From positions 26,349 to 90,348 of the forward strand of contig CACMQB010000001.1 in assembly GCA_902615745.1 (NCBI GenBank): DNA of 64,000 nucleotides. Direction: 5' to 3'. The stretch comes from an uncultured Alphaproteobacteria bacterium (GTDB lineage: Bacteria > Pseudomonadota > Alphaproteobacteria > HIMB59 > GCA-002718135). The notes under the pieces were generated by a model, which was not told the DNA's origin, did no database searches, and saw only the letters and a program-made list of their open reading frames with translations. The position numbers were made by a program, and so were the translations under genes. Shown here piece by piece: positions 40,041 to 51,289 of this stretch; the stretch's first letter is position 1; every line of letters begins with the position of its first letter.

Positions 40041-41280
40041 TTTTAGAAATTTCAACTTTTGATATTTGTTTTTTTGAATGAGATAAAATTTTAAAATTAA
40101 AATAATTATCTTTATAAGACTCCCCATAAGATGGTATTTTTTTTGATATATCTAAAATATATCCTGCAATAGTTGATGACTCTATTTCTGGCGGATCTAA
40201 ATCAAAACTTTTATATAAGTCTCTAATATTTTTTTCTCCATTTATTATAACTTTCCCATAATTATTAAGTTTAAAATCATTCTCTGGAACATCAATTTCA
40301 TCAACTATTTCACCAACGATTTCTTCGATTATATCCTCTAATGTAATTAATCCAAGTAACTCACCATATTCATCTACCACAAAAGCTAAATGCTCTTTTC
40401 TTTTTTTAAATTCAACTAATTGTTCTAATAGATTTGTTGTTTCAGGAATAAACCATGGATTAGAAATTTTATCAAAAATAATTTCTTTTGATTCACTATG
40501 ATTTTTTAAATCTATATTTAAGGTTCTTACATTTAACAGGCCAATAATATTTTCAGGATTGTCTTTCCAAAATGGAATACGAGTATATCTAGAATTATTA
40601 ATCTTATCTATAATTTCACTTGTTTTTAGGGATGAATCAATTGAGTAAATATTTTTTCTATGGGTAAAAATTTCTTCTACAGTTATATCATTTAACTGTA
40701 ATATACTTTGTAACATATCTTTTTCTTGCTCATAATCTGGATTAGAAGTTTTATACAGATCTATTACTCCTTTTAATTCTTCCTCTGATTGAAGATCTTT
40801 ATTTTTTATATCATTATCATTTTTTCTAAAAATTAATCTCACGATTGAATTAATAAAAAATACAAAAATGAATAAAATTTTATTTAAATAATAAATGATT
40901 GGAGAAATTAATAATGCAGTTCTATTAGGTCTATTAATAGCATAAGTCTTAGGTAGAACTTCAGCGAAGATTACTATTACAACCGTCATTATTAGTGTTG
41001 CGTAAAAAATACCTTCTACTCCAAAAATATCATAAAAAAATGCTGTCGCTAAAGAAGATGCAAGAATATTAACTAAGTTATTTGATAGTAGTAAAGTGGA
41101 TATTACGTTGTCTTTTTTATCCAGAAGCTCAAGAACATATGCCGCTCTTTTACTTCCTTTTTTTTTCTTATATAGAATTCTCGCTTTTGAAGTTGCAGTT
41201 ATTGCAGTTTCGGATCCTGACAAAAAACCTGAGAGAATTACCAGGATTATAAGTAATAAAAGAAGAAATATACTAGGCAT
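40033..41280 (-). CDS. CNNM/TlyC/CorC-family transporter (DUF21 + CBS pair + CorC_HlyC domain)
   Basis: 415 aa. N-terminal 4-TM DUF21 (SGSETA), a CBS pair, and the C-terminal transporter-associated domain. Confidence 0.88.
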   Translation of the reverse strand: MPSIFLLLLLIILVILSGFLSGSETAITATSKARILYKKKKGSKRAAYVLELLDKKDNVISTLLLSNNLVNILASSLATAFFYDIFGVEGIFYATLIMTVVIVIFAEVLPKTYAINRPNRTALLISPIIYYLNKILFIFVFFINSIVRLIFRKNDNDIKNKDLQSEEELKGVIDLYKTSNPDYEQEKDMLQSILQLNDITVEEIFTHRKNIYSIDSSLKTSEIIDKINNSRYTRIPFWKDNPENIIGLLNVRTLNIDLKNHSESKEIIFDKISNPWFIPETTNLLEQLVEFKKRKEHLAFVVDEYGELLGLITLEDIIEEIVGEIVDEIDVPENDFKLNNYGKVIINGEKNIRDLYKSFDLDPPEIESSTIAGYILDISKKIPSYGESYKDNYFNFKILSHSKKQISKVEISKIS

Positions 41281-42347
41281 TATATATTTTTTAAAATCTT
41301 ATAAACTTTATTCTTATCTAGTTTTTTGTAAAAAATTGAACTGCCTATTTTATCAATTAGTGAAAAATTAATATTATTAAGGAAATTTTTTTTATCTTTT
41401 GTCAGTTTATTAACCAATACTTTATCATTTATTATATTATCTGATATTTTAAGTCTACATTTTTTAAAATGAGTAATTATTCTTTCTAAATCAATAGATG
41501 ATAACAATCCGAGATAATTTGATATCTTTGCTTCAGTAATCATTCCTATAGATATTGATTCACCATGATTATATTTTTTATAATTATAATGACTCTCAAT
41601 GGCATGACCAATTGTATGTCCAAAATTTAACATAGCTCTAGAATTATGATTTAATAAAAACTCTTTTTCATCTTTATTAACATAAAAAAGTTTAATTTTA
41701 ATTGATTTATAAATTGCTTTTTCTAAAAAAGATTTATTTGAATTAAGTAGTTTATTTGAATTTTTTTCCAACCAACAAAAAAAAGAGTAATCATTAATCA
41801 ATGCATGTTTGATTATCTCTGCATATCCTGATTTTATTTGTTTTTTTGGTAGGCTACTTAAAATTGAAATATCTATAAGAACTTTCTTAGGCTGATAAAA
41901 AGTTCCAAGTAAATTTTTACCAAAATTTGTATTAATTCCATTTTTACCACCAATAGAACTGTCTACTTGAGATAAAAGTGTTGTTGGGATAAGAAAAAAA
42001 TCCAAACCTCTTAAAACAGTACTAGCAACAAATCCAACTAAATCACCTAATGTACCTCCTCCAATAGCAACAATAATAGATCTTCTATTTACATTCTGTT
42101 TAATTAGTTTTTCAGAGAGTTTTTTGTAATAATCAAAAGTTTTTATTTTTTCTCCACATTTTATTGAAAATATTTTTACATTTTTTTGATTAGTAAATTT
42201 AATATTATTTTTAACTTTTGAATCTATGATACAAAAAATCTTTTCATTTTTATTTGCTATACCTTCAATAAATTTAGCAATATAATTTTTTCTAAATATT
42301 ATTTCAGTTTTTAAATTTTTATTATTTATAGATAATTTATTTTGCAT
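41280..42347 (-). CDS. aroB: 3-dehydroquinate synthase
   Basis: 355 aa. Motifs GGG..GD..GF.A, D.S.GGK.G.N, and the metal-binding LNFGHT.GHA.E. Confidence 0.9.
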   Translation of the reverse strand: MQNKLSINNKNLKTEIIFRKNYIAKFIEGIANKNEKIFCIIDSKVKNNIKFTNQKNVKIFSIKCGEKIKTFDYYKKLSEKLIKQNVNRRSIIVAIGGGTLGDLVGFVASTVLRGLDFFLIPTTLLSQVDSSIGGKNGINTNFGKNLLGTFYQPKKVLIDISILSSLPKKQIKSGYAEIIKHALINDYSFFCWLEKNSNKLLNSNKSFLEKAIYKSIKIKLFYVNKDEKEFLLNHNSRAMLNFGHTIGHAIESHYNYKKYNHGESISIGMITEAKISNYLGLLSSIDLERIITHFKKCRLKISDNIINDKVLVNKLTKDKKNFLNNINFSLIDKIGSSIFYKKLDKNKVYKILKNI

Positions 42348-42873
42348 TTATATTAATTTTAGATTTAATTTTTTCTAATACTTGAAATTTATCATTATCG
42401 TTATCTACAATAAAATCAGCATTTTCATAAAATTTTCGTCTTTTATAATAAAGATTTTCTAGTGTTTCTCTATTATCAATATTTTTATTTAATAACGGTC
42501 TTTTTTTTGATGATCCAAGTCTTTCTATTAAATTGTTTATTTTAACTTGTAAATAAATAGAGTAGGAATTTTGCTTAATTTCTTCTCTAATTTTTTTATT
42601 TATTACACTTCCACCACCTAAAGAAATTACACAATTGTTGTAATTTAATAAATCAACACATATTTTTTCTTCAATATTTCTGAAATAAGATTCTCCATGT
42701 TCTTTAAAAATTGTATTTATACTTTTTTTAGTTTTTTTCTCAATTTCTTTATCAGTGTCATAAAATTTTAAATCTAAGTATTTGCTCAAATCTTTTCCTA
42801 TAATCGATTTACCAGAGCCCATAAGGCCCATAATACAAATATTTTTCTTTTTAAGCTTATTTAGAAGGATCAT
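42337..42873 (-). CDS. aroK: Shikimate kinase
   Basis: Walker A GLMGSGKS, followed by D.D..IE and GGG motifs. I start at ATG 42873. The track's TTG at 42900 adds 9 residues. Confidence 0.9.
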   Translation of the reverse strand: MILLNKLKKKNICIMGLMGSGKSIIGKDLSKYLDLKFYDTDKEIEKKTKKSINTIFKEHGESYFRNIEEKICVDLLNYNNCVISLGGGSVINKKIREEIKQNSYSIYLQVKINNLIERLGSSKKRPLLNKNIDNRETLENLYYKRRKFYENADFIVDNDNDKFQVLEKIKSKININAK

Positions 42874-42972
42874 ATTATAACTATTTCTTATTGTTGACAA
42901 AATTTTGTTGAAATTAGAAAATACTTAAAAAAATGGTAAAAACATATATTAGGCATTTGTTATAAACATATA

Positions 42973-43089
42973 TGAAAAACAGATACATTCTATATTTTTT
43001 TGCAATACTAACAATAATCGTTTTTGGATTACTATATATGATCGAAATTCCTTCACCATCATCAATTATCACTGAGAAATATCCTCTAA
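42973..43089 (+). CDS. Possible 38-aa single-TM micro-protein (MKNRYILYFFAILTIIVFGLLYMIEIPSPSSIITEKIL)
   Basis: Hand-translated from the second-largest gap in the window (about 223 nt of 42874-43096). It has an ATG start and a clean hydrophobic helix. It is below the ORF-track length cutoff and has no other support. Confidence 0.2.
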
Positions 43090-43096
43090 ATTTAAA

Positions 43097-44857
43097 ATGA
43101 AATTTATTTTTATTATTTTATTATATTTATTTTCAACTTCTATTTATGCAAATGAGGAGGGAGAAAATAAAGTAGAGGTTATTAATTTACATGAAAGCAA
43201 AAGCCTAGACCAGATGGTTTTAGAAAATCTTGAGGAAGAGAACGAAGTTGAGGAAATAGTTGAAGTTTCAAATGAATTAGATGAAGTTGAAATTAATGAA
43301 GTAGATGTAAGTCAAATTGAAACGAAAAAAAATAATTTTATATTTAATAATGAAACAAAAGATCTAAAAAATTATTTTGACAACCTAAAAAAAATTAATT
43401 CTAAGACTTTGCAAAGTGAAATAATTAAAGTTTTAGAAAATCTTCAATTAAATTTAGAAAATGAACAAGATAATGAAATTTTTTTCTTAATTATTAATTA
43501 CTTTAAATCTATCGGTCAAATTAATAAATCATATGAGTTAACTGAAAGATTTCAAATTAATGAAGATGCAAATTTGAATTTCTATGCTAGTATTAAATTA
43601 AATTATCTTTTATCAACTTTTCAATTAAACGAAGCTTGCAATTTTAAAGAGGAATTAAATTCAAAAATAAAATTAGATAATTTCTTTTTAGAAAAAATAG
43701 ATATATTCTGTTTAATTTTAAATGACAATCAGTCAGAAGCCAACTTACTAAATTCAATCTTGATAGAAACAGAAAACAATTTAGATAATTATTTTCAAAA
43801 CTTATTTTTATTAATATCCAACTCATCAGATCAAATTAATATTAATAAAGAAAATAAAAATGTAGAGATTAATCCTGAATTAATTTTTTTGTACAGTGCT
43901 ATGACTAGAATTGCTGAACTACCTTTTTCACATGAATTTTATGAACTTGATAAAAAAAATCTATCTATTCCAATAATTTTAAATCAAGCTTCACCAATCG
44001 ACTTAAGAATTAAGGCTGCTAATGAAAGTTTTTTAGAAAATTTAATTACAGTAGATAGCTTAGCTGCTCTATATATGTCAGCAGATTTTAATTCAAATCA
44101 ATTAAATAATCCAAAAGAAACATTAGTTTCATTTTCGAATAATGATGAATTGAGCATGGCCTTTTTATACCAGTTAGTAAACATTCAAATTTTTCCAAAC
44201 GATAGATTAAATGTCTTAATTCAGTTTTGGGATTATGCTAAAAAATACAATTTAGAAGAAATTGCATATAAATTATCAAATAATATGTTGAGTTCTATAC
44301 AAGCTAATTCAGAAAATATAATTTATGGACCACAAATAGCTTCCGCACATGTTTTTAACAAAAATTATGAGTCAGCATTACAATGGATTGAATTATATGA
44401 AAATGCAAAAAAAATTGATTCCAAAAGTATTTACACTAGAATTTTAATAGACTTATATTCTTCCAATGATTTAAACACATTTATAAACTCTATAAATGTA
44501 ACTTTAAATAATTATACAGACAATGAAAATAATAAAAATGCTGAATTATTATTTATTCTAAAAGCTGTAATGAATTTGGAAATAAATTTTAATACAAATA
44601 TAAATTTGGATAAAATTTTTGATGATAGAATTATGCCATCAGTATTTCTTTTAAATCAGATACAAAATAGCATTAATGAAAATAATGATGAAAAATTCCT
44701 TATTTATTCTTTGATATCTTTAAATGACAAAGAATGGAACAGCATTCATCCAGAACATCTTAAACTTATTCTTAACGGATACTTAATGTATAATGATGGC
44801 GCTCTATTCAGAAACATAATTTTAGAGGTATTAAAAAACTATAAATTTATTATATGA
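43097..44857 (+). CDS. Secreted protein of unknown function. Acidic N-terminal region, then a long helical-repeat-like Asn/Leu-rich body.
   Basis: 586 aa. Signal peptide (FIFIILLYLFSTSIYA/NE), then an acidic tract (ENLEEENEVEEIVEVSNELDEVEINEVD). There is no competing ORF, and the stop overlaps the accA start (ATGA). Confidence 0.6.
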   Translation: MKFIFIILLYLFSTSIYANEEGENKVEVINLHESKSLDQMVLENLEEENEVEEIVEVSNELDEVEINEVDVSQIETKKNNFIFNNETKDLKNYFDNLKKINSKTLQSEIIKVLENLQLNLENEQDNEIFFLIINYFKSIGQINKSYELTERFQINEDANLNFYASIKLNYLLSTFQLNEACNFKEELNSKIKLDNFFLEKIDIFCLILNDNQSEANLLNSILIETENNLDNYFQNLFLLISNSSDQININKENKNVEINPELIFLYSAMTRIAELPFSHEFYELDKKNLSIPIILNQASPIDLRIKAANESFLENLITVDSLAALYMSADFNSNQLNNPKETLVSFSNNDELSMAFLYQLVNIQIFPNDRLNVLIQFWDYAKKYNLEEIAYKLSNNMLSSIQANSENIIYGPQIASAHVFNKNYESALQWIELYENAKKIDSKSIYTRILIDLYSSNDLNTFINSINVTLNNYTDNENNKNAELLFILKAVMNLEINFNTNINLDKIFDDRIMPSVFLLNQIQNSINENNDEKFLIYSLISLNDKEWNSIHPEHLKLILNGYLMYNDGALFRNIILEVLKNYKFII

Positions 44858-45792
44858 TAAAATATTTTGAATTTGAAAATGAAGTAGAAAAAATAGAAAT
44901 TTTATTGAATCAGCTTAACAATAACAAAGAATTAAACTTTGATAAGATTAAAAAATTAAAAAAAGAAAAAGATGAACTTTTTAAAAAAATTTATTCTAAT
45001 TTAGATCCGTGGCAAAAAGTTCAAGTATCACGGCATGGTGAAAGACCTCATACTTTAGATTACATACAAAGCATATTTAACAATATAGTACTTTTACACG
45101 GAGATAAAAAATATGCTGATGATAATGCAATAGTGGGGGGATTAGCAGAAATTGCTGGTAATTCTGTTTTTTTTATAGGAACAGAAAAAGGAAACACTAT
45201 GGAAACGAGAATTAAGCATAATTTTGGTATGGCTAAGCCAGAGGGATATAGAAAAGTTCAAAGATTGTTAAAATTAGCTGAAAAATTTAAATTACCTTTA
45301 ATATCATTTGTAGATACTGCAGGAGCATTTCCAGGTAAAGATGCTGAAGAAAGAGGTCAATCAGAGTCTATAGCTTCATCCATACTTCAATTTTTAAAAA
45401 CTAAGATTCCTACAATTTCAATAATTATTGGAGAAGGAGGTTCTGGTGGAGCTATAGGAATAGCGACTTCAGATAGAGTTTTAATGTTAGAACATTCAAT
45501 ATATTCAGTTATTTCTCCTGAAGGTTGTGCATCTATTTTATGGAGAAATACACAATATTCTCAAGAGGCTGCAAAAACTTTAAAATTAACATCAGCTGAT
45601 TGCAAAAATTTTAAAATTATAGATGATATAATTCCAGAACCATATGGAGGAGCTCATAGACATCCCAAAAAACAAGCTGAAATAATAAAAGAAAAGATTA
45701 TTAGTATTATCAAGGAGCTCAAACAAATTTCAATAAACGAACTAGTTCAAACTAGAAAAGAAAAATATTTAAATATAACGTCAGAAATTTAG
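44854..45792 (+). CDS. accA: Acetyl-CoA carboxylase carboxyltransferase subunit alpha
   Basis: 312 aa. Motifs RP.TLDYI, DT.GA.PG..AEERGQ and GEGGSGGA. Confidence 0.95.
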   Translation: MIKYFEFENEVEKIEILLNQLNNNKELNFDKIKKLKKEKDELFKKIYSNLDPWQKVQVSRHGERPHTLDYIQSIFNNIVLLHGDKKYADDNAIVGGLAEIAGNSVFFIGTEKGNTMETRIKHNFGMAKPEGYRKVQRLLKLAEKFKLPLISFVDTAGAFPGKDAEERGQSESIASSILQFLKTKIPTISIIIGEGGSGGAIGIATSDRVLMLEHSIYSVISPEGCASILWRNTQYSQEAAKTLKLTSADCKNFKIIDDIIPEPYGGAHRHPKKQAEIIKEKIISIIKELKQISINELVQTRKEKYLNITSEI

Positions 45793-48305
45793 TTTCCATG
45801 ACATTGTTTATATTTTTTACCTGATCCACATGGGCATGGTTCATTTCTGCCTATTTTTTTAGTTATTATTCTGCGAGGTTCTTGAGATTGTTTTCTTGAA
45901 TTATCATCTCCATTTTTGCTTACTAATCTAACATTAAATAGTGTTTTTAATACTCTTTCATTTTGGTTTGAAAGCATCTCATCAAAATAATCAAAAGACT
46001 CTTTTTTATATTCATAAAAAGGATCTTTACCTCCCATAGCTCTTAAATTAACGCTTCCACGTAAAGAATCCATTGCAGCTAAATGATCTCTCCAATCTTT
46101 ATCTATTTGAAATAACATTACTCTTTTTTCAGCAAATCTAAATAACTCAACTGAATATTGATTTTGTTTTTCTTTATATTTTTGATTTATTTCATCTAAT
46201 AACCTTTTTTTGATTTCTTCATCATCAACACCTTCTTCATCAAACCATTTTAGTATTGGCAGATCTATAGAAAAGGTTTCTTTAATTTTTTCTTTTAATA
46301 AATTTCCATCCCATTCATGAGAGTATTTTTTTGGAGGAATGCAAACATTAATTATATAATTAACATAGTCAGAAATCATATCCTGAATAATTATAGATTG
46401 ATCATTTGTACTAAGAATTTCTTTTCTATTTTGATATATTATTTTCCTTTGATCATTCAATATATCATCAAATTTTAAAATTTGTTTTCTCATATCAAAA
46501 TTATGACTTTCAACTTTTTGCTGAGCTCTTTCTAAAGATTTAGTAATCATAGAATGAGTTATAACTTCACCATCTTTAAGGCCTAATTTTGATAATACAT
46601 TTTCAAGAGTTTTTGATCCAAATATTCTCATAAGATCGTCCTCTAGAGATAAGAAAAAAACACTTTCTCCAATATCTCCTTGCCTACCTGATCTTCCTCT
46701 TAATTGATTATCTATTCTTCGACTTTCGTGTCTTTCTGTTCCAATTATAAGCAAACCACCTGCTTCAATTGCTTCTTTTTTTAAATTATCATCACCATTT
46801 CCCAATTTAATATCAGTACCTCTTCCTGCCATATTAGTTGAAATAGTTATATTGCCAGGCATTCCAGCTTCTTCAATAATTTTTGCTTCACTCATATGAT
46901 TTTTAGCATTTAGAATATTATGCTTTAGATTTTCTCTTTTTAATAAATCAGAAATCTTTATAGAATTTTGTACTGATGTAGTTCCTATTAAGATTGGTTG
47001 ATTGATTTTATTTCTTGACTTAACAAGATCTAGCACAGCATTGTATTTTTCCCTTTGTGTCATATAAATTTGATCATTTTTATCAAGACGATTTACTTTA
47101 ATATTAGGAGGAATTTCAACGACCTCCAAATCATATATACTTTCAAATTCTTTCGCCTCTGTCGTAGCGGTTCCTGTCATCCCACTTAGACGGTGATATG
47201 TTCTAAAAAAATTTTGATAAGTAACAGAAGCTATAGTTTGATTTTCTTTTTGGATCACTAAATTTTCTTTTGCTTCTATAGCTTGATGCAATCCATCACC
47301 ATATCTTCTACCTTCCATGGCTCTACCAGTTAATTCATCAATAATCACTACACTTCTATCTTTAATTATATAATCTTTATCTTTTATAAATAAATGATGT
47401 GCTCTAAGCGCTTGGATTATATTATGATTCAAAACCATATTTCCTAAATCCTGAAGTGTACCTTCTGTAATAATTCCATTTTCTTTTAATAATTTTTCAC
47501 AAAATTCCATTCCTTCTGTAGTAAGTAGAATACTTTTGCTTTCTTCATTAATTTCAAAATCATCTTCTCTAAGAATTTTAATAATTTTATCTATTTTTGG
47601 AAATAAATCTGTATCGGAATTTGATTCAGCAGATATTACTAGTGGTGTTCTAGCTTCATCAATTAAAATGCTATCAACTTCATCAACTATAGCAAATGCA
47701 TTTTTTTTAAAACATAAATTATTGTAATCGTTTTTCAAATTATCTCTTAAGTAATCAAATCCTATCTCATTATTAGTTGCATACACAATATCTGCATCAT
47801 ATTGATTAGATCTTTCTTCATGATTTGTTTCCGAAGTAACACAACCAACACTAAGACCAAGAAAATTAAATATTTGACCCATCCATTCCGCATCTCTTTT
47901 TGCTAGATAATCATTAACTGTAATAATATGTACCGATAAGTTTTCTATTGCATTTGCATAAGCAGCTAGAGTAGCGACTAATGTTTTGCCTTCTCCTGTT
48001 TTCATTTCAGTTATCTTATTTTCGTATAAGACCATTCCACCTATTATTTGAACATCATAGTGTCTCATATTTAATGTTCTTTTTGATGTCTCTCTAACTA
48101 CTGCAAATATTTCTGGTAATGATTTAGTTATTGATCTAGTTTCATTAAACTTATTTTTAAAGTAATTTGTTTTATCTTTTAATTCTTGATCAGAAAGTTT
48201 AGAAATTTCTTCTTCTAGTTTATTTACTTTCTCTACAAAACTCGCATATTTTTTAAGTGAATTAGATTTTATAGAACCAAATAATTTATTAACAATATTA
48301 ATCAT
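45789..48305 (-). CDS. secA: Preprotein translocase ATPase SecA
   Basis: 838 aa. Walker [24 protein letters not shown], and the C-terminal zinc-binding tail [14 protein letters not shown]. Confidence 0.97.
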   Translation of the reverse strand: MINIVNKLFGSIKSNSLKKYASFVEKVNKLEEEISKLSDQELKDKTNYFKNKFNETRSITKSLPEIFAVVRETSKRTLNMRHYDVQIIGGMVLYENKITEMKTGEGKTLVATLAAYANAIENLSVHIITVNDYLAKRDAEWMGQIFNFLGLSVGCVTSETNHEERSNQYDADIVYATNNEIGFDYLRDNLKNDYNNLCFKKNAFAIVDEVDSILIDEARTPLVISAESNSDTDLFPKIDKIIKILREDDFEINEESKSILLTTEGMEFCEKLLKENGIITEGTLQDLGNMVLNHNIIQALRAHHLFIKDKDYIIKDRSVVIIDELTGRAMEGRRYGDGLHQAIEAKENLVIQKENQTIASVTYQNFFRTYHRLSGMTGTATTEAKEFESIYDLEVVEIPPNIKVNRLDKNDQIYMTQREKYNAVLDLVKSRNKINQPILIGTTSVQNSIKISDLLKRENLKHNILNAKNHMSEAKIIEEAGMPGNITISTNMAGRGTDIKLGNGDDNLKKEAIEAGGLLIIGTERHESRRIDNQLRGRSGRQGDIGESVFFLSLEDDLMRIFGSKTLENVLSKLGLKDGEVITHSMITKSLERAQQKVESHNFDMRKQILKFDDILNDQRKIIYQNRKEILSTNDQSIIIQDMISDYVNYIINVCIPPKKYSHEWDGNLLKEKIKETFSIDLPILKWFDEEGVDDEEIKKRLLDEINQKYKEKQNQYSVELFRFAEKRVMLFQIDKDWRDHLAAMDSLRGSVNLRAMGGKDPFYEYKKESFDYFDEMLSNQNERVLKTLFNVRLVSKNGDDNSRKQSQEPRRIITKKIGRNEPCPCGSGKKYKQCHGN

Positions 48306-48369
48306 GTTATGATAAATGGCAGTTAATATATGAAAAATATTTCTTCTACAAAGGAATTTAAGCTAAAAT

Positions 48370-49581
48370 ATGGTCAATAAAATGATTTCAATATTTAAGC
48401 CAAAAAAAATCAAAGATTTTAATCCTAGCGGCCTCAATATCTATACTTTTAATGCTGGATTTAAAAAAAAAGATAAAGATCTTTTATTAATAATTTTTAA
48501 TAAAATTATAAACGTGTGTTGCGTTTATTCTAAAACATCAACACCCTCGGCCCCTATAATTTGGGATAAATTGAATAACAAAGGTAAGGCTAAAGCGTTA
48601 GTCGTGAATTCTGGTAATGCGAATGCTCATACTGGTAAAGACGGTCTTAAAAATATTGATAAGTACGTAAAAGCATTAACAAAAAAAATTAAATGTAAAT
48701 CTAATGAAGTATTAGTATCATCTACTGGTGTAATTGGTGAAACATTTAATCCTAATTTAATTATAAATAAATTTGAAAAAATAAATTCTAAAAATAAAAA
48801 TAGTTTACTTGATAGCGCAAAGGCAATTATGACAACAGATACTTTCCCAAAGGTATCAATTAAAAATGTTAACTTAAACAATCAATCATTTAAAATTTAT
48901 GGCATAGCAAAAGGATCAGGAATGATACAACCAAATATGGGAACAATGCTGGTCTATATATTTATAGAATGTGAAATTTCAAAACAGTTATTGACTAGAT
49001 TACTTAAGAATAATTTAGATAACACATTTAATTCAATAACTGTAGATAGCGATACATCAACAAGTGATACTTTAATGATGTTTTCTGTCGGTAATAAAAA
49101 TATAAATTTAAATAAAAATAATTTTAAAATATTAAATTATAAAATATACGAGTTAATGCATGATTTATCTCTTCAAGTAATTAAAGATGGAGAGGGTGTC
49201 TCTAAATTAATAAGAGTAAATGTTTTGAATGCAAGATCAAAAAATCAAGCAAAAAAAATTGCGTTTAGTATTGCTAATTCTCCTTTGGTTAAAACAGCTG
49301 TGGCTGGGGAAGATGCAAATTGGGGTAGAGTAATAATGGCAATTGGCAAAACTGAAGAAAATATAAATCAAAATAAAATTAAAGTTTTGTTTGGAAATAA
49401 TGTAGTATGTGAAAATGGTTCTATTAGTAAAAAAATAAATATTAGAAGACTTAATGATTATATGAAAAATAAAACTATAGAAATTAATGTAAAATTAAAC
49501 TTAGGTAAGTTTTATTTCACTGTTTATGGAAATGATCTAACGCATGAATATTTAAAAATTAATGCTGATTACAGATCTTAA
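48370..49581 (+). CDS. argJ: Bifunctional ornithine acetyltransferase/N-acetylglutamate synthase
   Basis: 403 aa. Has the autoprocessing site PNMGTML, plus MTTDT and DGEG motifs. Confidence 0.93.
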   Translation: MVNKMISIFKPKKIKDFNPSGLNIYTFNAGFKKKDKDLLLIIFNKIINVCCVYSKTSTPSAPIIWDKLNNKGKAKALVVNSGNANAHTGKDGLKNIDKYVKALTKKIKCKSNEVLVSSTGVIGETFNPNLIINKFEKINSKNKNSLLDSAKAIMTTDTFPKVSIKNVNLNNQSFKIYGIAKGSGMIQPNMGTMLVYIFIECEISKQLLTRLLKNNLDNTFNSITVDSDTSTSDTLMMFSVGNKNINLNKNNFKILNYKIYELMHDLSLQVIKDGEGVSKLIRVNVLNARSKNQAKKIAFSIANSPLVKTAVAGEDANWGRVIMAIGKTEENINQNKIKVLFGNNVVCENGSISKKINIRRLNDYMKNKTIEINVKLNLGKFYFTVYGNDLTHEYLKINADYRS

Positions 49582-49583
49582 TT

Positions 49584-50360
49584 TTATTTTTTCCAGGCAC
49601 AAATTGTATTAAAATTTATATCAAGATTAAAATTATCTTCAAAATATTTTTTTCTGAATTGTTTTTCTAAATGAAGAAAGTATTTCTTATTCTCAAAATT
49701 ATTTTTTTTATCTTTACCTGCATAGGGCAAGTTCAAAAATCTTACATCATTTAGTAGTTTTTTAAAAACTGAATATTCAATAGTAAAGTTATTATTATAT
49801 ATTATAGGGGCATCAAAGTTATATACTTTAAGTAGTTTAAAAATATCATTTGTATCTAAAATTGGATTAACTCTCTGATACATTCCTCCATATAAAATAT
49901 TGTCTGTTTCATACATAGAATTTACAAGCTGAAATACATTTTCAGTACTTGGAACCGTTGCAATAAAAAATCCATTAGAATTTAGGATATGAAAAATATT
50001 TTCTATCAATTTTTCAAAGTTAGATGTTAATTGACAAAAAAAATTACTAAAAATTAAATCAAATTTATTATCTTTGATTTGTATATCGTCCAAATCAATT
50101 TCTATTAATTTTCGATCTGTCTTTTTGCTAAAATATGACAAATCGATATCAGCACTTGTTATAGAACAAGAGGGAAATCTTTCTTTAAGATAATTAATAA
50201 TTAATTTGTCATTAATCCCAAGTTCTAAAATATTACTAAATGGAACTTTCAAAATATCTAGGGAATCAATTATATTTTTACTTATTTCATTATATATGAA
50301 GTTTTCTCCATATTTCCTATCTTTAGATCTTAATAGTTTAACATATTTTTTGTTTATCAT
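49584..50360 (-). CDS. Class I SAM-dependent methyltransferase, substrate unknown
   Basis: 258 aa. Motif I-like ILELGINDKL, an acidic motif II (SADID), and post-I spacing typical of Methyltransf_11-type proteins. Confidence 0.65.
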   Translation of the reverse strand: MINKKYVKLLRSKDRKYGENFIYNEISKNIIDSLDILKVPFSNILELGINDKLIINYLKERFPSCSITSADIDLSYFSKKTDRKLIEIDLDDIQIKDNKFDLIFSNFFCQLTSNFEKLIENIFHILNSNGFFIATVPSTENVFQLVNSMYETDNILYGGMYQRVNPILDTNDIFKLLKVYNFDAPIIYNNNFTIEYSVFKKLLNDVRFLNLPYAGKDKKNNFENKKYFLHLEKQFRKKYFEDNFNLDINFNTICAWKK

Positions 50361-50387
50361 TATTTTTATAAAGTATAAAAAGCAATT

Positions 50388-50870
50388 ATGGATATTATTC
50401 TTAAAGAGATAGTTACAATTATTAAAGAAGAAACTGAAAATATTAATAAAAAAATCTTTGGAACTACTTTTTTGGAAATATTAAAAGAAAAAATTTTAAA
50501 TAGACAAGATCAAATTTCTTTAAAAAATCTAGAAACACAAAATTCTAATATTGATTTAGAAGAAAATATAAATGTTCTTGAAAAAAATCTTTTTTTTAAA
50601 TTATCCTTTTACCAAACTCCCAAATCATTATTAAAGTTCAAACTAAAAAAAAATTTTCTACTTATTATTTTTAAAGAGCTTGTAAAAATTGACATTTTAA
50701 ATCAAAATACTCAAAAATATATCAATGTTAGCTTAAAACCTTTTATGGGTGTAACATTGTCAAAGGGCACAGTATGTAATTTAAATTTCCCAAAAAATTC
50801 ACTAATTATGCAATTAGAATCTGATGATATTGATTTTGATATTGAAAAAAAAACAGATGAAACAATATAA
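50388..50870 (+). CDS. Hypothetical protein with no family recognised
   Basis: 160 aa. It is the only long ORF across this span and is tightly packed between neighbours (27-nt and 5-nt gaps). The composition resembles the genome bulk. Confidence 0.45.
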   Translation: MDIILKEIVTIIKEETENINKKIFGTTFLEILKEKILNRQDQISLKNLETQNSNIDLEENINVLEKNLFFKLSFYQTPKSLLKFKLKKNFLLIIFKELVKIDILNQNTQKYINVSLKPFMGVTLSKGTVCNLNFPKNSLIMQLESDDIDFDIEKKTDETI

Positions 50871-50875
50871 GAGAT

Positions 50876-51289
50876 ATGATTGTATTTAGTCTTAATTGCT
50901 CTGATTGTGACTTCTCTTTTGAAGGATGGTTCGAAAATACGAAGGACTACAATAAACAAACTAGAAAAGGTTTACTCACTTGTCCTTCCTGTAATAGTAC
51001 TCAAATAAAAAAAGGTTTAATGTCTCCAAATGTATCAAAAAAATCAAATGCAAAAATATCTAAAACGAATAAGTCAATTGCTTCAAATGTAAAGAAGCTA
51101 AAAAAAATTATAGAAAAAGAATTTGATTATGTAGGTGATAAATTTACTGAAGAAGCAAAAAAAATCAAATATGGTGAAGTAAAGGAACGCGCAATATATG
51201 GTGAAGCTTCAATTGAGCAAACTAAAGAATTAATTGATGAAGATATTGATGTATTACCATTGCCTTTTTCAACAAAAAAAACTAATTAA
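50876..51289 (+). CDS. DUF1178 family zinc-ribbon protein
   Basis: 137 aa. The N-terminus L.C...H.FEGWF...DY..Q...GL..CP.C.S..I.K matches the family (here CSDCDFSFEGWF...CPSCNS). Confidence 0.72.
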   Translation: MIVFSLNCSDCDFSFEGWFENTKDYNKQTRKGLLTCPSCNSTQIKKGLMSPNVSKKSNAKISKTNKSIASNVKKLKKIIEKEFDYVGDKFTEEAKKIKYGEVKERAIYGEASIEQTKELIDEDIDVLPLPFSTKKTN

